From positions 1,922,001-1,986,000 of the forward strand of contig NC_079239.1 of NCBI RefSeq assembly GCF_027921745.1: a stretch of DNA of 64,000 bases. Reading direction: 5' to 3'. The position numbers were made by a program, and so were the translations under genes. The DNA is from Schizosaccharomyces osmophilus (Eukaryota). The notes under the pieces are model-generated. The model was given only the letters and a program-made list of their open reading frames with translations, was not told the origin of the DNA and did not search any database. This document shows, one piece after another, positions 45,003 through 58,526 of this stretch (positions are counted from its first letter, which is position 1; each line of letters opens with the position of its first letter).

Positions 45003-46802
45003 TTACAAAAGAGTTCCAAAAGCGGTACCCGACAAAGAAGGGACACCGGCAGAAGGAATGGGATGATTATTTTTCTGATGCTTAAAAGTAAACCCGATAA
45101 AAGCATTTCGCTTGGGTTTATTAAATGTATTTGACATGCGAGCGATTGCCGCTTGTTTGTCATGAACTTCTTTATATTTGGACATGTCATTTTCGTTCGT
45201 AAAGTCATCAAAGTACCCGGCGTCAATCTCTGAATTCAAATCAGGAATAAATGGAGGTCGATATGCTTCACGCACATTTTCCCACTTGATTTGATCAAAA
45301 TATGGATGTTGCTTCACCTGATTCAAGGAACGGTAGCGATTGGCCGGGCTAGTAATACAGTGAGCAACAAAGTCCCAAGCTTCGTCTTTCCAATTAAATT
45401 CTAAATCTCGAGGATCGTCATAATGTGGGCGTTGAAAACATTTTTTCCAGTTCTTAAGATTCGACCATGTTTCATTGACATTCGAACCGGAAAATGGAGG
45501 AAACCCAGAAAGGCATTCGTACAAGATACACCCAAGCGACCAATAGTCCACGGAGTAATCATAGTTTTCTCCTCGCAAAACTTCTGGTGCCATGTAATCA
45601 GGCGATCCTACCACCGAATGGGCATACACAGGATCCTGAGCCAAAAGTGTTCGGAACACTTGACGACGCTCACGCATACTTCTCTCGGGAACTGCTACAT
45701 TGTTCACATCTTGAAGTCTTATCTTCATACTTTCGATCTTTTGCTTACTGATTATACCGGAACTAAGTCCAAAATCGGTAAGCTTAATATGTCCAGAAGC
45801 GCCGACAAGGAAATTTTCTGGTTTCAAATCTCGGTGAATATATCCAAGTTTATGCAATGCGTCAATTGCCAAAAACATCTCCGTAGCATAAAACTTGGCA
45901 TGATGATCTCTTAAAACCCCGCTATTGCTCAATAAAGTCCTAAAATCACCTCCTGGTACAAATTCCATGGCCAAATAAATATTTGAAAAATCTTGAAATG
46001 CGTACAATAGCCTTACTAGCCACTCTGAGTTTGCACTTGTAAGGATATCTCGTTCCGTAAGTACATGACGAATTTCATCCATTTTAAGTAAAACAGATTT
46101 GTTCATTATTTTCAAAGCAACAATTTCCTTGGTATCTCTCTTCTTTGCTAGCCAAACCGATCCGTAACCGCCTTGACCGACTTGAGTAATCGTTTGAAAA
46201 TCACCATGACTTATACGAGTACGACGCTTTCGAAGATATACACGCTCACGACCATTGTAACGCTTTTCCAATTCACTTTTTACAGTAGTAGACTCTTTTG
46301 CAAGCTGTTGCTCAAAAAGATGCAATCTTTGCTTTCTAGAATGTAAATAATGCAACTGCTCAAAATAATTATCAAGGAAAAACATTTGACATATAGTCGC
46401 CATTCTTTTGACCTTTGGCCTTGTAATTTTCTCCAACTCCTCCATTGAAAGATTCATAGATCCCATATTCCAACTTGGAGCTTCACCGACTGAGTCATAT
46501 AATCTTGAACTGCCATGCAATCGATCTCTTAACCGTTCGATTGCCACTGGATTTGGTGAAGCTATTGGGATCTTGCTTGGTGATTTCTGAGGGCTCCTAT
46601 CTGCGTAATTTTCTTTTGCGACAGGACTGCTTGTAAGCTTCAGTTCTCCCATACGATCTTCAAGAGCATCATTAAGTCGACGTGGTTGATATTGATTAGG
46701 TTCTATAAGTCCATGGCGCTTCAAATAGGCGTCAAACTTTTCATTAGCAGACGAACTGATTTTCGAGCTCAAATCGAGGTCAAACGTATCTTTTTGCCCC
46801 AT
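45003..46802 (-). CDS. sid2: NDR-family SIN kinase Sid2 (Dbf2-like), 599 aa
   Basis: Mob-binding NTR (RERVYLRKRR), GQGGYG, HRDLKPEN, HSVVGSPDYMAPE and hydrophobic motif FIGFTF. Confidence 0.97.
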   Translation of the reverse strand: MGQKDTFDLDLSSKISSSANEKFDAYLKRHGLIEPNQYQPRRLNDALEDRMGELKLTSSPVAKENYADRSPQKSPSKIPIASPNPVAIERLRDRLHGSSRLYDSVGEAPSWNMGSMNLSMEELEKITRPKVKRMATICQMFFLDNYFEQLHYLHSRKQRLHLFEQQLAKESTTVKSELEKRYNGRERVYLRKRRTRISHGDFQTITQVGQGGYGSVWLAKKRDTKEIVALKIMNKSVLLKMDEIRHVLTERDILTSANSEWLVRLLYAFQDFSNIYLAMEFVPGGDFRTLLSNSGVLRDHHAKFYATEMFLAIDALHKLGYIHRDLKPENFLVGASGHIKLTDFGLSSGIISKQKIESMKIRLQDVNNVAVPERSMRERRQVFRTLLAQDPVYAHSVVGSPDYMAPEVLRGENYDYSVDYWSLGCILYECLSGFPPFSGSNVNETWSNLKNWKKCFQRPHYDDPRDLEFNWKDEAWDFVAHCITSPANRYRSLNQVKQHPYFDQIKWENVREAYRPPFIPDLNSEIDAGYFDDFTNENDMSKYKEVHDKQAAIARMSNTFNKPKRNAFIGFTFKHQKNNHPIPSAGVPSLSGTAFGTLL

Positions 46803-47327
46803 TATTTAGTTTATAATCAAAGGTAGTTTTATCCAATTTAATGAATCAAAAGATGAGTTGGGTATCTATATACAAAGAGCGTTCGGTAGATGCATGTAGT
46901 TTGTTTATGGTAAAACTAAGGACCCTTAAGATCCAGCAGAAACCGCACCTTGACCACATAAGGGAAAGGTTAGAACAAAGAAAAGTTTTCAAATGATAAA
47001 ATAAGATATTGTAATTATGAAGATCATCCTCAATAAAAAATAAAAGAGGTATCATCGTAATACTTTGTCAGTGTCGTTTACTATTTTGCACAGGTGATTT
47101 CACGTACGACCTAAGTCTTTTGGTAAAAGCAAACATTTGTATAAATTATATGATTTTAAATTGCTTAATCTCTATAAACATTCATACTCATATTAATCTC
47201 ATTACAGTATTAACTCAATGTCATAATAATTAGCTCCATAGACAGCTGAACGCGTCGGTCTTCTACGCCGATGTGTTTTTACCGTCATTTCTTAATGATA
47301 CATTCCATACTTACAGGGAGAAGTGAT

Positions 47328-50300
47328 TTACCTAGGTCGAAGTGGTTGTTCTGATGAAGATACAGATCCTCTCGTTGGAAGAAACTCAGGTGGTCTGTTC
47401 AGCACTTCATCAGAGAAGACAGGAGACCCATCCATGAAGCTTGGAGAGTAAGATCGACCAAAAGTATTGGGGATACTTGGAGTGAGTGACAAAGAATGCG
47501 TATCCATACGTACATGATCCTTGTCCTTCTTTTGCATTGTTGCAAAGCTCGATGTTGACGTATTGAATGGAACTTGTAATGTAGAAGAGGCCCAGTCTGT
47601 AGAAGCTTCAGGACTTTCAATAACAGCTTCTTCATCAAATTCCTGTAAGCGCCTGGTACGATAGCCTTCGCGAATGATATCAGTATCATACGGCCAAAAA
47701 AGCTTTTGCACAGTCATGAAAAGAAATTTCGGAAACAAACAACTGACAATTGTACCAAATAGTACTGCCCAGAAATTTGGAGTTCGGAAAATACGAGAGG
47801 CAGACTTATATAAATCAACGGAGTAATAGCTCTGAGAGTAAACGCCCGTCCAGAACCAAAATGTTATACAACTCAAAGCCCAAATACCAACTGAGAACAC
47901 ATCCCAATTGGCTTGATTCAAAAGAACATATGAATCAACAACCATAATTGTAGGAGCTGCCACATACACACCGAGGTCCTGCATTCCCATGGTGTCACGC
48001 CCATTTTGAGCTGCTACTGTCACATTATTTATAACAAGAAATGAGAAAAAGAAACATATAACTGACTGATAAAATCCATCAATCATATATCCAATGAATA
48101 TTTGCGGGGTTGAATTCAACTGTAAAATACCCCTCTTGTACAGTTGAGGTATCTTCAACGATACCTCGGCACTAACATCTTGATCGTAAACACCCATTAC
48201 GATGACAGGTAAAGAGGAGAAAATTAAGTTGAAAAGCATAATATACGTATAATCAAAGAGATAATTTGCATCAAAGTTATTATAGATTTGGAACCAAAAG
48301 AGGGTAAACGTCCAAACAACACTTTTATAGAAGAAATTATTGACCATTTCTGCTATACGGTTATAATCCCAACGCCCGTGAACAAGAACCAGCTTGCTCA
48401 AGAATCTAAATTGTGCAATCGCATAGTCAGCAGACATCGCAGCTGCCCTTCCTTCTTCTCCAACGATACCTATACCAATATCGGCTTTTTGTATCATAGC
48501 CACATCATTAGCACCATCGCCGATAGCTAATGTCATTACGTCCAAGCTATCCCTAACGAGATGCACAACTTCAGCTTTCTGAGCTGGACTGACACGACAA
48601 CACAGGACAGACTTACATTGCTTACAAAGCAACAAAAATTTAGTTCTCATCGATCCTTCCAGGACGCGTTTCAAAACGCCGCCATCAATAATTAAGGCAT
48701 GAGATCCAGCAGGAACGTCGTGATCCTGCTTTGCTGCTTCAAGCTCTTCGTTGGAGCCCGACAATCCAAAGTACCTATAAAGATAATCTGCTAAAATTAC
48801 CTCAAGTTCCGGCGTGGATATTTCTTGGTCAACATCGAATTTGATCAACTCCATACTAGCGTCTAAAAGGTTACAAGAAAAACCAATGTTAATCGCAGTT
48901 TCCATTTTATCTCCGGTTAATACCCAAAGCTTAATGCCAGCACTTCCTAAGAGCGCAATTGCGTCGGGAACACCTTCCTGCAAACGGTCCTCGATAGCAG
49001 TACCTCCAAGTAAGGTAAGCCGTGATTCAATTAAGTCGGCAACTTCGGAAATCCTTTCCTCTCTATTCTCGATAGCAGAGGAAGCAACAGTATACTTCTC
49101 TTTCCATTCAAAGTACTCCTCAGTAAGTTCACGTTTAGCGATACATAAGGTTCGAAGGCCTTCAAGAGCAAAAGTTTTCAGCTGTTCAGCAGTAACTTTT
49201 TGAAGAGTTGGTTGCTCACCCGGTTCCAATCTGTCATAAATAACGCTATCTGCACCTTTACAGATGAGAACGTAACGATTGTCTGGTCCCCTAATGACAA
49301 CACTCATTCTTTTTCTGGCGGATGTAAAATCAATAGTGTCCAATAATTTAAACCTGTGAGTCTCCCCAAGAGCCCGAGTAACCATGATATCCCTACGCTG
49401 ATCGAGGAAAACAAACCCAACATCACGAGCCGTACCAACGAGTGCAGCCTCATCCGGAGATTGAGCTTTGTAGACAATACGGTCGCCAACTCTGTCGGCC
49501 ACAACACTATGGCATAAAGCAAGAGCTAAAAAAAACTCGTAACAAGCCATCGATTGTTCTTCACCAGCTTTGCCGGTTAAATCATGCACGAACTGAGAGG
49601 AAACAAACGTAAGGTTTTCATCCACCAGGTATTTGTTATCGGACGTATTTCTCATTTGAGCAATCATCTGCATTCTATCACGGTCAATGAAACTACGTTT
49701 TTCCACTGTAAGTTGTTCCGAATCTTTTCCTTCTCGACGAGCAATACCCGCCATTGCTTCTGTAAACGCTTCTCCATAGGGAACACCATTTATAGAGCAC
49801 TTTTTAAATTCCATAACGTTTTGGGTAAGTGTTCCAGTCTTATCAGAAAAAATATATTCAACTTGTCCCAAATCGTCTGAAATGTTCCATGATTTAGGAG
49901 TGCAAGGATAATTAAGTTTTTTATAATACATATCCTTGTCGAAGTATATGAAAATTGCTTGAATCGTCTTCACGATTTCGATAGATATATAAAGAGAAAT
50001 AGGGACCAAATTTTGGAACAAGACAACACCAGTAAAAAAGGTAACAATACCATTTTTGGCAGCGGACCCACCGATGGAACCCCATTCAAAATAGTAAGAT
50101 GATCGTGTTTTTCCACGCCAAGCAATACCCTCGACGATACCGCATACGAGACACATTGCAAACAGAATAATAAAGTTCAAATAAACATTCCAGTTCAAAT
50201 TCCTGGTAATACGGCTTCGCTTCAAAGGGGGAGCTCCAGAATTCAACATAATTTTTGTGTCGTCACCAGTGAAAACGACTACACCAATGACCCACTTTGT

Positions 50301-51598
50301 ATTTCGCACAGCACAGCCTCGCAAAAGCAAATTGTCCAAGGACACAGGCTCAGAGTGAAGTTGTGATTCATCTAACATACCGGTGTCGGTATGTCCATAA
50401 CATTTACAAGCTCCGTTATACTCGTATAGGTTTGCATTGGGAGGCTCGCTTTCAATCCAAAACCGAGATCGTTCACAAGACATTTCATCAACCACGTTCT
50501 TACCCGCGGTCAAAGCATGTCGAATCTTGAGGTTTGTTTCTCCGTCCAAGTTTTTAGTTTCGATATAGCAAATGCCTTCGGGATCAGAAGTATTAAGGAT
50601 AACGATATCAGCAGGGATTTCTTCGTTGTCTGATACTTTAACGAAATCACCAACTCGGATATCCTTCCAGAAGACTTTCTTGAATTGACAGTCGCCAGAG
50701 CCCACAGCTTGATAATCTATAACATCCATTGCCCGCTGTTGATGCACAGCAGTCTTTCCATCTGAGAGACTGTAATCACCTTTGCCCTTGGATTCATCAA
50801 AAGGATCCCCCATATCAATGGACCCTCGGAACACAGAATCATAACTTGGTCTACGTTCGGAAGAAAGATCTTCAAGGGGAACCGAATCAGAGACAGTATT
50901 TTCTTCTTTCTTTCGGTTCTTCTTCATGAGAAACACTCGAAACAAAGCAGACATACGCTTTTTAAATTTTCGAATGTAACTAACGTACTCGGTCCTGATA
51001 TTGGGATTATTGTAATTGCTCAAACGAAGCGTTGGGGTGTTGTTTAAATGAATGTCGAGCATTGTACGACGAAAATCTTCGATAGCATCTTTAATCGCAG
51101 TTATACCAACAACAACAATTAAAGGCACTGCAGCCAAACCAGGGTTCACTTGATTGCCAAAAAGTTTAATACACTATACTACAAGTTAGCAATCGATTTC
51201 ACAATTCGTGCGGAAATACGTACCTGAAGAATGACAAGAAACAAAAAAAAGAGGTTGGCAACATTTTGGAATTGCAAGAAAACATTTTTAGGTAAGAAAT
51301 TTAAAGGGGTGTACTTGGCTGTACGGATTTTATTTCTTGGAAAAAAACGTTTGGCTTCGCCGGTGTCATCCAGTTCAGATTCAGGTAAAGCCAAATTAAA
51401 GTAAAGGGATCTAGGAAGACGCTGGAGGGCGGTCCAAGACTCCAAATTGTCATGATCGTACTGTTCCAATTCGACCTTGGCGGCATCTGCCAAAGGGATG
51501 TTCAGACGAGTAGCCAGTCTATAAACCCTCAGGCGAGTGGCCTTTAAGCTGGGGACCCAGCTTTTGAACCTATTGCTTTTGGCGGAAGATTCTGACAT
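47328..51598 (-). CDS. dnf2: P4-type ATPase phospholipid flippase (Dnf1/Dnf2 type); exons 51598-51224, 51173-47328
   Basis: NKIRTAKYTP, DGET, PISL, DKTGTLT, KGADS, TGDK and GDGAND. 50-nt intron GTACGT..GCTAAC..TAG. Confidence 0.93.
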
Positions 51599-52096
51599 GC
51601 AAGCAATTGAAGGAAATGAATTTCGAAAAACGAAAGAAAAATAAATCAAGTATCAACGGAACAATATTTTAATAGGTACGGATAAGAAATTTAGAGAAAA
51701 AAAAATTTTGGAAACAAAGAAAAGAAAGAATCAAACAACAATTTTTTCGCAGAGGAATTATATACAAGAATGATGACAGAAATCTTGGTTCTCCAAATAA
51801 ATACGTTCAATGCTTATATAATCAATTATAAGATTTTATACTTGCTAAAGATAGCAATCGTTTGGTGGAGTAGGACAGCGGATCGGAAGGATTATCGCCC
51901 GAATTTAGCGGCCGTAAGACTTTAGTAGCTCACACCTCAATTCGGCTTGTGTTAGATTTGCCGAGATGAAATTAACAACGAAATTAAAAAATAAACACAA
52001 TTTCTACTTGAAAACCCTCAATTTCCGCAAAAAGAGAGAATCCAGTCATAAAAAGTGTTTGGCTGTGGTCAGAATTGTTGCGAACAGAAGGTAACA

Positions 52097-52111
52097 TGCA
52101 TGAGTCATGCA
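52097..52111. promoter_or_regulatory. Palindromic AP-1-type site TGCA-TGAGTCA-TGCA in the dnf2/hem3 divergent promoter
   Basis: 15-bp palindrome around TGAGTCA, with ACGCGT (MCB core) at 52118-52123. Confidence 0.4.
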
Positions 52112-53027
52112 GCGAAAACGCGTGTAAGGAATAACAGTGATGAGCCGAGCCTTCTACGTCATTTCTCCTAATCGTTGTAAAGGTAATTTGTTTTTCGTTA
52201 CGAGAATATTAACTGTACGATAGTACGATACAAAGAAGACAGCTGCAAGAAGTGGGATGAGAACAACTTGTAGTTGTGATCGTAGCTAGAATGGAATGAG
52301 GTGAAAAAAGGGGAAAACAATTGTGCCTGAATGAGTTTTTCAGGCACAATTAAATTGCATCCCGAACAAACATCGATTCTTTACGCCATAGCTTCCCATA
52401 TAGGAATGAAAATGAACATCAAACTTGTTTCAAAAAAAATGTTTTTCATAAACACTACCTTGCTTCTGGGAATGGTCATTTCGCTCTTACAAAACTTCGT
52501 AACACTTATTTTATCAGATCCACTTTTTACGTTCTCACTGTTTACCAATGCACCACCCTAATCCGCAGTATGCACAATTCCGATATGCAACAGTATCACT
52601 ATCCCGGACAGGTCGATATTGTAAGGCCTCGGATTGGTTCGTTGGGACGAATCACTTCCTTTCCTTCCTTCCACCTCTGTTTATAGAGGACTGGGAGGTC
52701 CTTGGAATTTACCAACTTTCCAACACATTTCTCTTTCGTTTTCGCGTCTTTTTCGGTTTGAGCGCCTTTTTAGTCCGTAAGAGTCTTGTTTGCTTGTGGA
52801 ACGGTCGGTTTCGTCTCTAGCACGCTTGAATTGCTTTTTGGAAAGGATTTGGTCCTCAGTGGATTTGTCTTGGTTTCCTTTTTCTTTTTTTCCTTGCTTA
52901 TTGTATGCAGATTTGGTTGTCTAAACTGTAGTGATCCGCTAATTTATCGTCTTTTTGCACTTCTGTCGTCTTGTCCTAAGCTTCATTTTCTCATTTTTTG
53001 CTTTCCTAATTTGACTTGTCGCGAACC

Positions 53028-54038
53028 ATGCCTATTAATACGTGCTATCCCATTGGAACCCGCAAGTCCAAACTCGCGGTTATTCAATCTGAAATTGTTC
53101 ATAAGCAACTGAAGGAAAATCACCCTGAATTCGATTTTCCCATCATGAGTCGCGACACCATCGGCGACGAAATTCTCTCGAAAGCTTTGTTTGAGTTTAA
53201 ACACCAAGTCGCTAAATCCTTGTGGACTCGAGAACTCGAAGCCCTACTCATCGTCAACCAATGCCGAATGCTCGTTCATTCTCTTAAGGACTTACCCGTT
53301 GAAATGCCGAAAGGTATGACCATTGCTTGTATTCCACGCCGCAACTGTCCTCTAGATGCCATTGTCTTCCCCAAAGGATCCCCTTACAAGTCGGTTGCTA
53401 ACCTTCCTCCTGGAAGCGTTATCGGCACTAGCAGTATTCGTCGTCGCGCTCTTTTGGCTCGCCATTTCCCCCATCTTCGATTTTTCGATATTCGAGGAAA
53501 TGTAGGAACTCGTTTATCCAAGCTTGATGACCCAGAATCTCCTTTCTCTTGTCTCGTGTTGGCCGCTGCAGGCCTTTTCCGTCTCGGATTAAAAGACCGC
53601 GTTTCTCAAATGCTATCGGCTCCTTTCAACTATTATGCAGTTGGTCAAGGTGCCCTCGCTATTGAGGTTCGTGAAGACGATAAAGAAATTATTGAACTTT
53701 TGAAGCCTCTTCAAGACACTGAAACCACCTATTGCTGCGTCGCTGAGCGCGCCTTAATGAAACGATTGGACGGTGGTTGTGCTATCCCAATTGGTGTTCA
53801 GTGTGATTCCTTGGCAGTTTCAAGCTCTTCTTTTCAAGTCTCTTTGGACGGCATTGTTGTTTCTGCCGATGGCTTACGGTCTGCTTTCGCCTCAGGTAAC
53901 CGCGTCATCAATTCTATTGAAGACGCTGAGGATTTGGGCACTCAAGTCGCGTTGTCCTTGCTCAAGAACGGAGCTGGTCCCATTTTGGCAGAACACCATC
54001 GCAGTAGTGATAGTGAGGACTCTACAAAACAAGCATAG
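53028..54038 (+). CDS. hem3: Porphobilinogen deaminase (hydroxymethylbilane synthase)
   Basis: IGTRKSKLAVIQ, VHSLKDLP, GTSSIRR, IRGNVGTRLSKLD, AVGQGAL and GGCAIPIG. First ATG at 53028. Confidence 0.97.
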   Translation: MPINTCYPIGTRKSKLAVIQSEIVHKQLKENHPEFDFPIMSRDTIGDEILSKALFEFKHQVAKSLWTRELEALLIVNQCRMLVHSLKDLPVEMPKGMTIACIPRRNCPLDAIVFPKGSPYKSVANLPPGSVIGTSSIRRRALLARHFPHLRFFDIRGNVGTRLSKLDDPESPFSCLVLAAAGLFRLGLKDRVSQMLSAPFNYYAVGQGALAIEVREDDKEIIELLKPLQDTETTYCCVAERALMKRLDGGCAIPIGVQCDSLAVSSSSFQVSLDGIVVSADGLRSAFASGNRVINSIEDAEDLGTQVALSLLKNGAGPILAEHHRSSDSEDSTKQA

Positions 54039-54444
54039 AGCTTTATTATTTATAATGGGTTATTCCAATACTTGTATTATACTCATCTTTTTTCTTTTAA
54101 TTTTTTTTTTTTTTTTTTTTTTTAAAAAAAAAACTCGTTTTGTTAATCCCTATCGAACGAAATCGCTTTTTATTTTTGTTAATATCTACTTTAATTTACA
54201 ATCTAATATAAGTCTTTGACGAGCATCAGATTCTTACATTTAACGTCGACCTTGCCGTTCTACTTTCTTTCCCGTTTTTCTTGGTTTTTTCGGTCCCTTG
54301 GCTATTCTATGCTTTATCATTGGGAATCATACATGAATATCCTCTTAAAACTTATATTTACTGTAATGAATCGAAAATAAATACTTTCTTGTTCAACTTT
54401 ATCATTCATAAACCAAAAAAAAAGCTTTTTTAAAATATTCTGTT

Positions 54445-56280
54445 CTAATTTATATGCCATACGCGGCACTCGCCGTCATCACCACCCGAAACAAGCTTAT
54501 CGTTTCCTAACCAGGCTATAGAATTAATTTCATAAACATCATGTGCGCCTTCTTTTTCAATGGAAACCCTCCAAATATTATCATCATGTTGCTCACTTTC
54601 ATAAACAACAATTTTTCCATCGCTACCAGCGGATGCTAATACTTTGTCATTTAACCAAGAAAGTGAGTACACTGCACCTTTATGCAGATGAGGCAAAGTT
54701 GCCTTTCTTATCCATTCTTCTCGTAAAGATGGTCGAAGGATATTTGTAGAGTTACTGATAGCTTCAGATTCATTGCTAAACGTCTTTGTCCATAATATTA
54801 TGTTGCCCTCGTTATCTCCAGAGGCCAAAATTGACCCAGTGGAGGAGAAGGCAAGAGCCCAAACGGTGCTTTCATGGCCTTGCAATTGGCATGTCAAAGC
54901 CCAATCATCACCATCATCTCTCCAAAAGCAAATCGAATCATCATAACTTCCACTAACGAGAAGATCCTCAGACGGATGCCAAGCTACAACCTTGACATCT
55001 TGTGTATGCTCTTGAAGGACTGCCATACAGTCGAACTCGTCATCTTCGGTAGTTTCCCAAATCCAAACTGACTTATCACGCGAGCAAGTAGCAAGAAAGT
55101 TTCCACCAGGAGACCAAGCAATACATTTTACTTCATTCTCATGCCCCTCGAGAGCAGCTGTACATTCCCAATCGTCGTCAATTTTTTCATTAATACTTAT
55201 TGTAGCATCAAAAGAAGCCGCTGCAAGTATAGGTCGATCGACAGGGCGCCAAGCAACCCTGCGGACACTACGGGAATGGAATCCATCTATTACATGCACA
55301 AGTTGAAGAGTATCGCTGTTATAGATACGAACGGTCTTATCCTGTGAACCACTAGCAAAAAGAGGTAAAACCGGATGGGAGTCTACACTCCATATCCTTC
55401 CATCATGACCACTGAGACCGGTAACAAATTCCAAAGAGCGCTTGTTATAAATTTGATGGAAAAAATTTTGCACAATAGGGAAAAAGACCTTTGACATTTC
55501 TGTTTCAGGGTACAGTGCGGAGAGGTTCGTAGATGAGCTTTGGTTTTCAATCATCTCACCAAACTTGGGGTCAATCGGAACTGATCCAAGAAAAGGTATT
55601 TTATATTTTTCTGCAAGGGTATGCCCACCACCGCTCGAAAAAATGTTTGTACAATCAGCACAATGAGGGCATATAAAACCACTCATGTTTTCCACAACCC
55701 CCAAGATTCGAATATCTGCCTTTTTACAAAAATCTATTTCTTTTTGCACGTCCAATGTAGCAAGAGCTTGAGGTGTAGTGACCATAACTGCACCATCAAT
55801 GGGACCCTTTCGTACGTCTGATGTTTCCGCCAACAAGGATTCCACGATGGTCAAATGTTCATCCCCAGTACCAGGAGGAGTGTCTATAATTAAATAGTCT
55901 AGTTCTCCCCAGTGTACATCACTCACGAATTGGCGGATCATAGCAGCCTTTTTCGGACCACGCCAAACAACGCTGTCTTTCTTAGAAGGTAGCAAGAAAC
56001 CGAGAGACATGAGTCCAATTTCCTTCGTTTCATCAGTATATACAGGGATCCAGCCAGCGCTGGATTGACGAATGCGACTTTGCTCAGCATCTTTTCCAAA
56101 CATTCTGGGTATTGATGGTCCCGTAAGATCAATGTCCAAAATACCAATTTTTAAAGGCCGAGAATGAAGCTTCGAGTCATGAAGGGAGAGAGCCAACTGA
56201 GTTGTTACGGAAGATTTCCCAACTCCTCCTTTTCCTGACAATACCAAGATTACATGCCGCACCTGATCTATCACACACAT
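54445..56280 (-). CDS. Cfd1-Cia1 fusion protein (cytosolic Fe-S assembly: P-loop NTPase plus WD40), 611 aa
   Basis: N-half [37 protein letters not shown]-half [40 protein letters not shown]. One uninterrupted ORF. Confidence 0.95.
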   Translation of the reverse strand: MCVIDQVRHVILVLSGKGGVGKSSVTTQLALSLHDSKLHSRPLKIGILDIDLTGPSIPRMFGKDAEQSRIRQSSAGWIPVYTDETKEIGLMSLGFLLPSKKDSVVWRGPKKAAMIRQFVSDVHWGELDYLIIDTPPGTGDEHLTIVESLLAETSDVRKGPIDGAVMVTTPQALATLDVQKEIDFCKKADIRILGVVENMSGFICPHCADCTNIFSSGGGHTLAEKYKIPFLGSVPIDPKFGEMIENQSSSTNLSALYPETEMSKVFFPIVQNFFHQIYNKRSLEFVTGLSGHDGRIWSVDSHPVLPLFASGSQDKTVRIYNSDTLQLVHVIDGFHSRSVRRVAWRPVDRPILAAASFDATISINEKIDDDWECTAALEGHENEVKCIAWSPGGNFLATCSRDKSVWIWETTEDDEFDCMAVLQEHTQDVKVVAWHPSEDLLVSGSYDDSICFWRDDGDDWALTCQLQGHESTVWALAFSSTGSILASGDNEGNIILWTKTFSNESEAISNSTNILRPSLREEWIRKATLPHLHKGAVYSLSWLNDKVLASAGSDGKIVVYESEQHDDNIWRVSIEKEGAHDVYEINSIAWLGNDKLVSGGDDGECRVWHIN

Positions 56281-56866
56281 GTCAGTACAAAAGAAAGCGA
56301 ATTGTCTTTGTTTCCACTGTTTTTATCAACTTACCCATGAGAATCAACTTGTAGTAGTGTATGGTAAAGGCCAAAATTTGTCTGTTTACTTAGTAATATA
56401 GCAACGCGTGGCTATATGTCAGTATGCAACTTAAAGACGTCGAAGGGAATACGCAAAACTTGGATTTCAAAAGAAAATTCGAAGGCCAATTGAAATGAAC
56501 AATTTTGATCAATTATTTATTGTTCTATTGTGAAGAAGAAACTGTACATTGGCTTTTTGTGATCCGGAATCGTTGATTTGATTTGTCGTGCGATTTAACC
56601 GTTGCGAAATTTGGCAAGGTGCTACTGTCTACAAACTAGGTCCAAGACTTTATTCGCATATAGTGACACTTAGTAATAACTGAAAACAGCATGCAATTAA
56701 AATTTGGTGCCGACTTTGGACTTTCAGTAGCTCTTCAACTCACCTTGCATACACACTTGCTTAAGTCCTATTTGCTACTGGTCAAACATATACAAAACTG
56801 ATAGACAACTGACGTATACCAAGTTATAATTTCATTCCCTTCCATATTTAATCTAACATAACCACT

Positions 56867-57374
56867 TTAGAGGACAGTCTTGGCAAGGGCAGCAGGGTTG
56901 ACTCTCTTACCGTCACGGTTGTAACGCACACGAGGAGGAGGAGTACGGGTACGACGGCCGTCACGAGAGCGAACACGAACAACACGAGAGTGAATAGCGC
57001 AAGAGACACAGTATTGCAACTTGATGTACAACTTGGGAATTGTGTACTCGCTGTAGACGGAAGCTTCGGACATATCACGAATGGCGGCAGTTTCAACCAT
57101 GTTACCTATTTCCTTGTTAGCCTTACTCTTTTCGTTGATGGGCGCTTTATGACAAGAGAACTTGAGTGTAACCCAAACCAAGAATTTTGATTCGCCTTAA
57201 GCAGATGCCTTGTTTGAGTATACTGCAAGCTTCTCGTAAATTTTACATACGGATAGTCCAGCGCTTGATAGCCTTGTCCTTAGGGACGGCACGGCTACAG
57301 TTAATGCAGCGAACAAACTTGACGTGGCCACGGCCGTGCTTGTTACGTCCGCAATTTCTTCTCTTTTGAGTCAT
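56867..57374 (-). CDS. rps26: 40S ribosomal protein S26 (eS26); exons 57374-57251, 57105-56867
   Basis: [42 protein letters not shown]. 145-nt intron GTATGT..GCTAAC..TAG. Confidence 0.97.
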
Positions 57375-57425
57375 GGTTTTGCGAAGGAACCGTAAACAAT
57401 TTCGTGTAGCAAAGTGTTGGGAGAG

Positions 57426-57433
57426 CGTGACTG
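57426..57433. promoter_or_regulatory. Homol-D-like box upstream of rps26
   Basis: CGTGACTG (7/8 match to TGTGACTG) about 50 bp upstream of the ATG. Confidence 0.55.
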
Positions 57434-57995
57434 TTCTTTAGTTTAAGGAAGTAGAATGAACACATGTAAAGATACATACTGAAGGGTAACGCTGGATAAG
57501 ATAGCAAAGATTTCTATGCTACGTAAATAAACAAATATGTAACAAGTTTTTTGTGGAATTTGTAAAATATGAGAAAGCAAGACTAAATTTTCATGAAAGG
57601 AATTTCGTAAGTACTCGTACGTGTTTTTCTTGTGTATGATCTAATCCAAGCAAAATGCCCAGCAACAGACTACAGACTACAGCAAAGTCTGACTTATCTA
57701 AGATTGTGAACAACTCGGTTGCAAGTGGAAAGAGTTTGGTAACACGAATTACGAAACGGAGGACGCATGCTATTCTGTAAACAAATTGATGAAGGAAACC
57801 CGTTCCTGGTAGAACTTTTGGCTCTTTCCATCTTACAGATATACACGAAAATACTGTACCCTAACTTTTATTCGTCTATTTACCTGCCCATCAATCCATG
57901 ACCATTATGGCTCTATTACCTTTTTCATTTTGGAGACGTAGAAATGTTGCACCCATAAGTCAGTCCCCTTACATAGCATGTAAAGGACAACAGTT

Positions 57996-58444
57996 TTAAG
58001 CGCTGACGAGAGCACGCTCGACTTGATTGCGACGTTGCTTTTTGTAACGCAAAACGGCAAAACGCTCAAAGTCTCCAAGTTGGCTACGAGTCTTCACAGT
58101 CTGCAACTTCTTAGCCCAGGCAGTAGCAGTCCACTTATCTGAAATGTTTTGCGCTTGCCACTTCTTGGCAACAATTCCAGTAGTAGCACCACGGGGAATA
58201 TCCATGACAATCGATGTGAGGGTAACTTGGCCAAGACGAACGATTTGACGAGGGAACTCTTGACTAGCACAGTCAACGATTACCTGTGCATAAATATTAG
58301 CATGCATTCCCTTTTCGATTTATGTCTTCAACTTACCCTTTTGTTGTCAACGATGTCGATAATGGCAGCTACCGTACCCTTTTGAGGTCCATTTTTTAAT
58401 AAAATGACACGCCCAACTTGAACAAATCTTTCAAAGCCATTCAT
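57996..58444 (-). CDS. rpl14: 60S ribosomal protein L14 (eL14), 131 aa; exons 58444-58337, 58283-57996
   Basis: FERFVQVGRV, IIDIVDNKRVIVD, PRQ, PRGA, AWAKKL and LGDFERF. 53-nt intron GTAAGT..GCTAAT..CAG. Confidence 0.93.
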
Positions 58445-58526
58445 TTTGTATTTACAAATAGAGTTGTTTGTAAACAGACAAACCTCCAAAGTAACAATGC
58501 GCTTGCTACTTGTAACAGTAAAACTT

